Source: an uncultured delta proteobacterium (GTDB lineage Bacteria > Myxococcota > Kuafuiibacteriia > Kuafuiibacteriales > Kuafuiibacteriaceae). Taken from it: 64,000 nucleotides of DNA. Below are positions 1 to 7,438 of this stretch, piece after piece; the first letter of the stretch is position 1; every line of letters begins with the position of its first letter. The notes beneath the pieces are model-generated. The model made no database searches. It was not told the DNA's origin and worked only from the letters and a program-made list of their open reading frames with translations. Location of the stretch: the NCBI GenBank assembly GCA_963803435.1, contig CAWDML010000009.1:256001-320000 (forward strand). The letters are read 5' to 3'. The translations under genes and the position numbers were made by a program.

Positions 1-916
1 CACGCCCTGGACCGCTCCGCGGCGGCCGAGCGCGCCACGGCCGGCGATCCGCGTCAACCGCGCCTGCCGGGCAATCCCCATCTTTGCCACCCGCGGGCGG
101 ATCCTGGCGGCGGCGATGCAGCCGTCGCTCGCCTACGTCCACGAGGAGGGCGGGGTGGTGCGCCGCGAGGACGGCTCGAAGGTGATGGAGCGAGCCGCCG
201 ACCCGGGGATGCGCTTCGCGATCGCGGGAGCGAGGACCTGGGTCGGGCTCGACGGCAAGCTGGCCTGCATCGAGCGCGAGCAGGTGGTCGACCGGACCGT
301 GACCTCGGGGCCGTTCGACGCTGGCAGCGCCGGCTGCTTCCTCCAGCGCGACGGCTGGCTGATCGAGCAGTCCTCGCAGCTGCGCATCGGCAAGGTCCTG
401 GACGGCCAGACGTTCCTGCGCGCCGGGCGGAGCCTGGGCTTCGGGTTCTATCGGGCGGGCCGGGCGCTCTTCTCCTTCGCGTTCCGTCCGGGCCGGGCCG
501 GGCTCACCGACGTGCGCCTGCCGCTCTTCGAGGGCAAGCTGATCTCGGCCGACGCCGTCTTCGACGACGGCTTCATCGCGGTGAGCCTCCTCTTCGATCA
601 CGAGGGCGTCCGCCGCGGCGCGCTCCACCTGATCCGCGGCGAAGGCGCCGTGGTGGGGAGCCTCGAGGGGCCGATCGAGGAGCACCGCGTCCTGGCCAAC
701 ACCGCCGGGCGCGCCGTCCAGGGGGGACGCATCCTGGCCGCCACCGAGGAGGGCCTGGTGCTCCTGTCGCCGGACGCCACCGGAGCGCTCACGATCCAGA
801 CGATCTTCACCGATACCGAGCCGTTCGTGGAGGAGGGCGCGCAGCTGCTCCCTGGCCCCAACGGCTCGCTCTACGTCGTCACCACCCACGAGATCAGACA
901 GCTCGAGCTGAGCTGA
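1..916 (+). CDS. C-terminal part of a large hypothetical protein (begins upstream of the window), first visible gene of the nicotinamidase/vWA cluster
   Basis: ORF 116..916 with coding-like sequence continuing to the window edge; stop at 916 is followed directly by the RBS of the next gene. Confidence 0.7.
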   Translation, partial: TPWTAPRRPSAPRPAIRVNRACRAIPIFATRGRILAAAMQPSLAYVHEEGGVVRREDGSKVMERAADPGMRFAIAGARTWVGLDGKLACIEREQVVDRTVTSGPFDAGSAGCFLQRDGWLIEQSSQLRIGKVLDGQTFLRAGRSLGFGFYRAGRALFSFAFRPGRAGLTDVRLPLFEGKLISADAVFDDGFIAVSLLFDHEGVRRGALHLIRGEGAVVGSLEGPIEEHRVLANTAGRAVQGGRILAATEEGLVLLSPDATGALTIQTIFTDTEPFVEEGAQLLPGPNGSLYVVTTHEIRQLELS

Positions 917-930
917 AGAAGGAGATGCAC

Positions 931-1911
931 ATGAGACTGCCGTTCCCCAAGTTCTACGACCCGGGCGCCGTCGGGACGCTCTACCTCGAGGACGCCGCCA
1001 AGGTCGCCGAGTCGGCCGAGGCGTTCCAGCTCCAGCACGGGATCAAGCCGGCGGCACGCGACAGCTTCCGCATCGCCGCGTTCGGCATCGACGTGCCAGA
1101 TCGGCTTCTGCATGCCGGGGGCGAGCCTGTTCGTGCCCGGCGCGGTCGAGGACACGCGGCGGGCGGTCGAGTGGCTCTACACGAACCTCGATCTGATCAC
1201 CGGGCTCCACTTCTCGATGGACACGCACCGGGTGTTCCAGATCTTCCATCCGGCCTGGTGGATCGACGATCGAGGGCAAGCACCCACCGCCGTTCACGCC
1301 GATCACCTCGGAGGACGTGCGCCGCGGCGCTGGCAGCCGATCGCGCATCCCGCGGAGTGCCTCGAGTACACCAAGCAGCTGGAGACGACGCGGAAGTACG
1401 TGCTGACCGTCTGGCCCTATCACACGCTCCTCGGCGGCGTGAGCCACGCGCTGGTGCCGGCGATGATGGAGGCGGCGATCTTCCACTCGGTGCGTCCGCA
1501 GTCATCAGACGCACTTCGAGACCAAGGGCACGCACGCGATGACCGAGAACTACTCGGTCCTCTCGCCCGGAGGTGCCGCGAGCTCGGCGGCCAGTCGGTG
1601 GGAGCGTTCAACGCGCCCTTCTTCAAGATGCTGATGGAGTATGACCGGATCTACGTCTTCGGTCAGGCGAAGTCGCACTGCGTGCTCTCGACGCTCGTCG
1701 ATCTGCGCGATCGAATCCAGAGCGACCGATCCCGACGCTGGTCGACAAGATCTACATCCTCGAGGACGCGATGAGCCCGGTGCCCGCGCCGCCGCTCAAT
1801 CCGCTGCCGCCGGCGCTCGACTTCCCGCGCATCGCCGAGCGGGCCTTCGCGGAGCTCGAAGCGGCGGGCATGCACATCGTGAAGACGTCGGACCCGGTGG
1901 TGGCCGGTTGA
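931..1911 (+). CDS. Nicotinamidase/isochorismatase-family cysteine hydrolase (several single-base frameshifts)
   Basis: RBS AAGGAG 919-924; joined frames give FGIDVQIGFC (catalytic Asp), SMDTH, VWPYH, ETKG and GQAKSHCV (catalytic Cys); TGA at 1909-1911. Confidence 0.85.
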
Positions 1912-1925
1912 AAGGAGACGAAGCA

Positions 1926-2706
1926 ATGTCGGATCTCGAAGGACCTCTTCCAGAGCGCGGTGGGCGCGGGCGTGCTCAGCCCGGCCACCGAGTCGATGCT
2001 GACGGGCCACCTCGGCAACGTGGTCGTCGCGGGCGCAGCGGGTGTGGCGATGGAGGCGATCGAGGCCACCGACGTCACGCTGGTGACGATCCTGATCGAC
2101 GCCTCGTCGAGCATCGCCTCCGCCCGGCTCGAGCAGGCGGTGCGGGAGGGCCAGCGCGAGCTGCTGGCCGCGTTCGCGGGGAGCCGAGAGAAGGACCGTA
2201 TCCTGGTGGCGCTGTGGACCTTCAACGACCAGGTGAGCGTGCTGCATTCGTACGTCCCGGTCGGCGACGCCCTGCGGCTCGACGATCGGAACTACCGAGG
2301 TCGCGGCAACACGCGCCTCTACGACGCCTGGTGCGACGCGCTCGCGTCCAACGTCGCCTATGCCCAGCAGCTCCGAGACAGCGGCACGCCGGTGAAGAGC
2401 GTGGTGGTGATGATCTCCGACGGCGCGGACACCGGCAGCAAGCGGACCCAGAAGCAATGCCGGGCGCTCAGCGAGGATCTGCTGAAGAGCGAGCAGTTCG
2501 TGCTCGCGTTCGTGGGCGTCGGCGCCGACGCGACCTTCCGTCGCATCGCGAAGAACATGGGCGTGCCCGACGGCTGCGTCGAGGTGCAGACGCAGGCGAC
2601 GCCGGCGGCGCTGCGCAAGGTCTTTCAGATGGTGAGCCGGTCTGCGATCCGCGCCAGTCAGGGCCAGATCCAGCCCGGGGCGCAGGCCGGCTTCTTCCGA
2701 CCGTGA
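1926..2706 (+). CDS. vWA-domain protein (one frameshift near 1938)
   Basis: RBS AAAGGAG, ATG 1926; MIDAS motif LIDASSS, GNTRLYD, MISDG; FVGVG strand. Confidence 0.85.
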
Positions 2707-2713
2707 TCCACGA

Positions 2714-3091
2714 TTACAGCGGCGGGGGATGATCGAGCACGAAGCAGGACTGGAGCGCCGAGTGGAGGGCCTTCACGGCGCTCCGCTGCTGCGGCGACAG
2801 GCTGTTCGCATACGCGCGGTCGAAGTTGGCGCCGGACCGGGCGAGGTCGCCGATGGACCGGATGCCGAAGTCGCGGCTGCTGAGGATCTCGGCGGTCTTC
2901 GTGCCGACACCCTTGACGTTGACGACGTCTGCGTTGGTCGCGAGACCGTCGTAGCCCCCACCGAGGATCCCCTGCGCGAAGACAATCTGGTCCGTCTTGC
3001 GGACGAAGCCGATGTCCAGGAGGTCGTGCTGCTTCAGCTTGTCGTAGCTGAGGGTGGTAGCAGGGTTTGTGAGGCGGTCGGGCGCGCGCAT
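2714..3091 (-). CDS. Small protein with helix-hairpin-helix motif
   Basis: RBS AAGGAGAG before ATG; VKGVGTKTAEIL..FGIRSIGDLA HhH-like signature. Confidence 0.65.
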   Translation of the reverse strand: MRAPDRLTNPATTLSYDKLKQHDLLDIGFVRKTDQIVFAQGILGGGYDGLATNADVVNVKGVGTKTAEILSSRDFGIRSIGDLARSGANFDRAYANSLSPQQRSAVKALHSALQSCFVLDHPPPL

Positions 3092-3130
3092 GGTTCTCTC
3101 TCCTTGTACGGTCTTGTATGCCGAGGTGGG

Positions 3131-3157
3131 TTATCGGCGGAGAGGGCCCAGGAGTGC
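3131..3157 (-). promoter_or_regulatory. Candidate sigma-28 (FliA/WhiG)-type promoter GCAC-N15-GCCGATAA
   Basis: Exact GCCGATAA -10 box on the minus strand 40 nt upstream of the HhH gene; -35 differs from the TAAA consensus. Confidence 0.5.
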
Positions 3158-3185
3158 CGGTTTTTTTTCCTTACAGAACCGGTGG

Positions 3186-3641
3186 TCAAGCAATCCGATA
3201 CGTGAGGAGCAGCGGGCCGAGCACCGCGTCCATCTTCGGGGCCTGACCCGCCTCCACCGAGGCCGTCAGGTGCGTGATCACGCCGGCGTCGATCCTGTAC
3301 ACGTGCCGCTGGACCACGCCCACGCCCGGTTCAGGCTCGTAGGCGATGGTCAGGCCGACGCCCGGCGCGCCGTCGGCGAAGGTGACCGGCCCTTCGGCGA
3401 GCCGCTTCAGGTTCGGAGCATAGCGCGCGAAGTGGGCGATGAACGCCCCGAGCGCCGCCGCCGGATCGTCGATCCCGGTCGATCCCCGCTGGACGGTGAT
3501 GTTGGCCCGCGGCCGCGGGGTGGCCGGCTTCCCGGCGAGCGGTACAGCAATCCCGGTCTGCTCGGGCTCCGTGAGCGTGACCTCCAGCCGGACGTCCCAG
3601 CCTTTCGGCAGATCGATCGAGCCGGCGTTGGGTAGAGGCAT
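3186..3641 (-). CDS. DcrB-related / DUF1795 (PsbP/Mog1-like) protein
   Basis: GSIDLPKGW N-terminus, ANITVQR, VVQRHVY, THLTAS pattern; ATG at 3641 within the longer track ORF. Confidence 0.6.
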   Translation of the reverse strand: MPLPNAGSIDLPKGWDVRLEVTLTEPEQTGIAVPLAGKPATPRPRANITVQRGSTGIDDPAAALGAFIAHFARYAPNLKRLAEGPVTFADGAPGVGLTIAYEPEPGVGVVQRHVYRIDAGVITHLTASVEAGQAPKMDAVLGPLLLTYRIA

Positions 3642-3650
3642 GGCCGGGTC

Positions 3651-3671
3651 TTGTAGTACAGCCCACCAAAA
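3651..3671. promoter_or_regulatory. Candidate NrtR operator TTGTAGT-N7-ACCAAAA
   Basis: 21-bp imperfect palindrome with GT-N7-AC core abutting the nrtR start codon. Confidence 0.55.
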
Positions 3672-4445
3672 GTGTCGAAGAAGAAGAGGACGAAGAAGGG
3701 CAGGCCGTCGAAGCGCCCGGTGACGCCCGAGGAGGCCGCCTTCCTCGCCGAATACGACGTCGCTCAGTTCCCGCGTCCGTCGGTGGCGGTCGACATCGTG
3801 ATCTTCACGATCATCGACGCGGACCTGAAGGTCCTCCTGATTCAGCGGAGCCAGCACCCGTTCAAGGGCGCATGGGCGCTGCCGGGCGGCTTCGTTCGCG
3901 TGGGCCCGAGCGCCGAGGAGCAGGGCGAGGACCTCGACGAAGCGGCCGCCCGGCGCCTCCACGAGGAGACGCATCTCCCCCGTGGCTCGGTCTACCTCGA
4001 GCAGCTGGCCGCCTTCGGTCGGGCGGGCCGAGATCCGCGCACGCGCGTGATCACGGTGGCGTACTTTGCGCTGGTTCGCCCCGACCTGGCGCCGTTCGTG
4101 CGCGCGGGGGAGGGCGCCGCGGCGACCGCGTGGATCTCGCTCGCCGAGCGCTCCACGCGGACGCTCGCCTTCGATCACGACGCGATCATCCAGGCCGCCC
4201 TCGAACGCCTGCGCGGCAGGCTCGAGACGACGAACATCGCCTTCGAGCTGGTGCCGGAGACGTTTTCGATCCCGGAGCTGCGGGCCGTCTACGAGGTGAT
4301 CGACGGGACGACCTACGACCCAGGCAACTTCCGCCGGCGCTTCAACCGGATGCTCGCGGACGGGATCATCCAGCGCGCCGCGGGCAAGCGGATCACGCGT
4401 TCGAAGCCGGCCCAGGTCTTCCGGTTCATCGATCAGAAGCGGTAG
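3672..4445 (+). CDS. nrtR: NrtR, Nudix-related transcriptional regulator (Nudix + winged helix)
   Basis: FPRPSVAVDIVIF, WALPGGFV, YLEQL..F....RDPR, LAFDH, C-terminal FSIPELRAVYE..DPGNFRR. Confidence 0.9.
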   Translation: MSKKKRTKKGRPSKRPVTPEEAAFLAEYDVAQFPRPSVAVDIVIFTIIDADLKVLLIQRSQHPFKGAWALPGGFVRVGPSAEEQGEDLDEAAARRLHEETHLPRGSVYLEQLAAFGRAGRDPRTRVITVAYFALVRPDLAPFVRAGEGAAATAWISLAERSTRTLAFDHDAIIQAALERLRGRLETTNIAFELVPETFSIPELRAVYEVIDGTTYDPGNFRRRFNRMLADGIIQRAAGKRITRSKPAQVFRFIDQKR

Positions 4446-5170
4446 CTGACCCCCGCGCCGATCGCCGCGCGGTGCGTCCGATCCGGGATGATCGTGAGAC
4501 CGAGCGCCGGCCCCCCCGGCTCCTCACCATAGGCCTTGAGCACCGCATCGTAGACCTTCTCCTCGGTGCTCTTCGCGAAGAGCTTGAAGAGCGCCTGGGC
4601 GAGCTGCAGGCCGCCAACCGCGATCGCGATTCCACCGAGGATCTTGTTGGCGTTGCCGGCGATGTCGATCTTGTCGGTAAGCAGGAGGCCGCCGGCTACG
4701 GCCGTCCCCGCAGCGGCGGTACTATCGGTGATGATGCCGCGGATGCGGCGATCGCGCCCGTCGCGGGCCCGGTCGCGGAGGAAGAACATGCCGGACGCGT
4801 CGAGGGCCTCGTCGTCGGCCAGCAGCTCGTCCGCGCTGGTGACATTCGCGGGATCGGCGAGCACGTTGTAGAGGCCCTCGGATATCTGAGAGGCAGCGGC
4901 GATCGACAGCGCGGTCACGATCAGCGGCTTGGTCAGGCCGCCGTCGTCCTGTATGGGAATAACGTCGGTGCCAATCACCACCGCCAGGCTGATCGCGATC
5001 CCGGCCGCGATCAGGTTGCCCGCGAGGCCCCAGGTGCCGTCGGTCCGGGATCCCTCCCGCAGGGCCTCCACGCCGGCGCGGATCGGCGCGAGCTCGGGAT
5101 CGGGCGGCGGCCGATGGCGACCGGTGGCGACGGTGGCGGAGAGGACCAGCGCAAGAACCGGAGCAGACAC
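4433..5170 (-). CDS. Hypothetical exported/membrane protein
   Basis: Signal-like N-terminus, about four hydrophobic segments, C-terminal SYRF. Confidence 0.6.
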   Translation of the reverse strand: MSAPVLALVLSATVATGRHRPPPDPELAPIRAGVEALREGSRTDGTWGLAGNLIAAGIAISLAVVIGTDVIPIQDDGGLTKPLIVTALSIAAASQISEGLYNVLADPANVTSADELLADDEALDASGMFFLRDRARDGRDRRIRGIITDSTAAAGTAVAGGLLLTDKIDIAGNANKILGGIAIAVGGLQLAQALFKLFAKSTEEKVYDAVLKAYGEEPGGPALGLTIIPDRTHRAAIGAGVSYRF

Positions 5171-5390
5171 GGCTGAGCCTCCACTCCGAAGCGGTCGTGG
5201 GTCAACGCCGGGATGGCCGCGGTCGCCCTTCGGTGGGGGCGCTCACGCCCTTCACCGGCGGAGCCGCACGAGCAGCACCAGCGCTCGCCCCGATCGTGCC
5301 GGGACCGCGACCCGGACCGGGGTCGCGTGAGCGCTTACGCGCTACACGCTCCTAGTTGAGTCCAAACCAGGTTGGAGCTACGCGATCCCG

Positions 5391-5753
5391 GTGCCGACCT
5401 TGATCGAACAGCCCACCGTCGTGAAGGCCGCGGGGAACAAGCCCAAGCTGATCCGCGAGTACTTCGGCCGCGTGAACAGCCGGACCTCCGGTATCAGCAT
5501 CGCGCACATGGACTCGCCGCCGGGGTGGGTCGAGCCGGGACAGCGGCCCGAGTTCGACGAGTACACCGTGGTGCTGAAGGGCCGCCTGCGTGTCGAGCAC
5601 GAGGGCGGGGTCGTCGACGTGAAGGCCGGCCAGGCGATCCTGACCGGCAAGGGCGAATGGATCCGGTACTCGACGCTGGAGGAGGGCGCCGAGTACGTGG
5701 CGATCTGCCTGCCGGCGTTCTCGCCGGACACGGTTCATCGCGACGAGGCCTGA
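5391..5753 (+). CDS. Cupin-domain protein
   Basis: SPPGWVEPGQRPEFDEYTVVLKG...GEWIRYST. Confidence 0.85.
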   Translation: MPTLIEQPTVVKAAGNKPKLIREYFGRVNSRTSGISIAHMDSPPGWVEPGQRPEFDEYTVVLKGRLRVEHEGGVVDVKAGQAILTGKGEWIRYSTLEEGAEYVAICLPAFSPDTVHRDEA

Positions 5754-5754
5754 G

Positions 5755-6507
5755 GTGGTCCCGGTCGATCACCTCCTCGACTTCTCTTCAAAGCGCGTGC
5801 TGATCACGGGCGGGGTCCGGGGGATCGGCGCCGGGATCGCGGAGCGCTTCGCCGAGGCAGGCGCCCAGGTGGTGATCGATCACCGGAGCCGGCCCGAGGA
5901 GGCGGCGGCCTTCGCGGCTCACCTCGACGGGCGCGCGATCCAGGCCGACGTCACCCGGAGGGACGAGGTGGAGCGGCTCTTCGAGGAGGCCGGCCCGATC
6001 GACGTCCTGATCAACAACGCAGGGATCTATCCTCTGGAGCGGCTGCTCGCGATCGACGACGACCAGTGGCGGGCGATGATCGACTCGAACCTCACCTCCG
6101 TCTTTCTGTGCACGCAGGTCGGCGCCCAGGCGATGATCGCGGGCGGGATCGAGGGCGCGATCGTCAACATCACCTCGGTCGAAGCGTCCATGCCGGCGCG
6201 GCTCCACGCCCACTACGACGCCGCCAAGGCCGGCGCTGCGATGTTCACCCGGAGCGCCGCGCTCGAGCTCGGCGCGCATGGGATCCGCGTCAACGCGGTG
6301 GCGCCCGGTCTGACCGATTATCCGGAGCTGGCGGCACTGTGGCCCGACGGCGTCCAGCGCTGGCTGGCCAAGGTGCCGCTCGGGCGGCTGGGGACCCGCA
6401 CCGACGTCGCCGATGCCTGCCTGTTTCTGGCCAGCCCGGCGGCGAGCTTCATCACCGGCGCGACGCTGGCGGTGGACGGCGGCATCTCGGCCACCCCGGC
6501 GTTCTGA
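5755..6507 (+). CDS. SDR family oxidoreductase
   Basis: TGGVRGIG, NNAG, YDAAK, IRVNAVAPG. Confidence 0.92.
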   Translation: MVPVDHLLDFSSKRVLITGGVRGIGAGIAERFAEAGAQVVIDHRSRPEEAAAFAAHLDGRAIQADVTRRDEVERLFEEAGPIDVLINNAGIYPLERLLAIDDDQWRAMIDSNLTSVFLCTQVGAQAMIAGGIEGAIVNITSVEASMPARLHAHYDAAKAGAAMFTRSAALELGAHGIRVNAVAPGLTDYPELAALWPDGVQRWLAKVPLGRLGTRTDVADACLFLASPAASFITGATLAVDGGISATPAF

Positions 6508-6547
6508 GTCGCCTTTCGCCCTTCGTCGAGAAGCGCGACTCGGCAGT

Positions 6548-6748
6548 TCACAGCCCACAGTCGACAGATCCATCCGGATCGCCGTTGAGCTTCAGGTGCC
6601 CACCGACGCCAGCGATCGCCAGAAGCATGTCCTGGATGGTGGGCGCATCTCTTGTCTCCGAGGTCGGCACCCTCGAACGCGATGTGACTTCGGCGAGAAG
6701 GATCTCGATCGGCTGCGGCCTCACATCCCCTGACGCTTCGGGCAGCAC
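6548..6748 (-). mobile_element. IS4/IS50-type transposase C-terminal remnant
   Basis: APTIQDMLLAIAGVGGHLKLNGDP resembles the Tn5-like dimerisation motif PT...IA.LGG...G.PG; no DDE core or terminal repeats seen. Confidence 0.6.
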
Positions 6749-7072
6749 ATGGACGAATAGATCGCCGTTGCCCTCCTGGCGGGTTCACGCCTCGGTGCCC
6801 CGTGCTTCCGGCGGCGGCCGTGCGGCGTGTACCGTCTTGGATCCCCCCAAGAAAAGGCGTGGAGATCGATTGTGCTTGACGAGATCCAGGGAACCGCCCG
6901 CGCTCGCTGGCCGATCTTTGAGGGCCCGACCTCGTGACGCTCCGAGCCTCAGGCTTTCGCCCCGTCCGCGCCCGCTCGGCCGAGGCGCCCTGATCGGAGG
7001 CGTCAGCCCGCGGGCAGCTCGGTCCAGACCAGTGTTTCGCTCGAAAATGGGCGAACAGGAGTCTGAGGCGGC

Positions 7073-7438
7073 TCAACCCGTCAGGCGATGCGCCACTTCG
7101 AGGAGCGCATCGATGTCGACGGGCTTCCTCAGGAACCCCTGCGCGTTGGGGGTCGCGGCAGCCTTCCGGGACCATGCCGAGAGGATGACGACCGGCAGGT
7201 CCTCGAGCTGGTGATCCCGCGGATCTCGTCGAGCAGCTCGCCGCCGCTCATCACCGGCATCATGAGGTCGAGGAGCACCAGAATCCGGCGCGGGCTTGCC
7301 GTGGAGGCGCTCGAGCGCGTCGCGGCCGTGCGCCGCCGTGTGGACCTCGAACCCCTCGTACTCGAGGATCATCTGCAGGCTCTCTCGGATGTCGTCATCG
7401 TCCTCGACCAGAAGGATCGTTCGACTACTCTGTTTCAT
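7073..7438 (-). CDS. Single-domain response regulator (compensating frameshifts)
   Basis: ILLVEDDD, repaired PDLVLLDLMMPVMSG, FLRKP. Confidence 0.88.
   Translation of the reverse strand: MKQSSRTILLVEDDDDIRESLQMILEYEGFEVHTAAHGRDALERLHGKPAPDSGAPRPHDAGDERRRAARRDPRDHQLEDLPVVILSAWSRKAAATPNAQGFLRKPVDIDALLEVAHRLTG

Noticed and set aside
931-2706. Pseudogenisation or programmed frameshifting of the nicotinamidase and vWA genes
   Set aside because: Catalytic motifs are intact, no slippery sites were seen, and indels also hit gatC, so sequencing error is more likely, though not proven
5306-5327. Hairpin CGCGACCC-N6-GGGTCGCG
   Set aside because: No U-tract, lies between divergent genes, and GC stems arise easily by chance here
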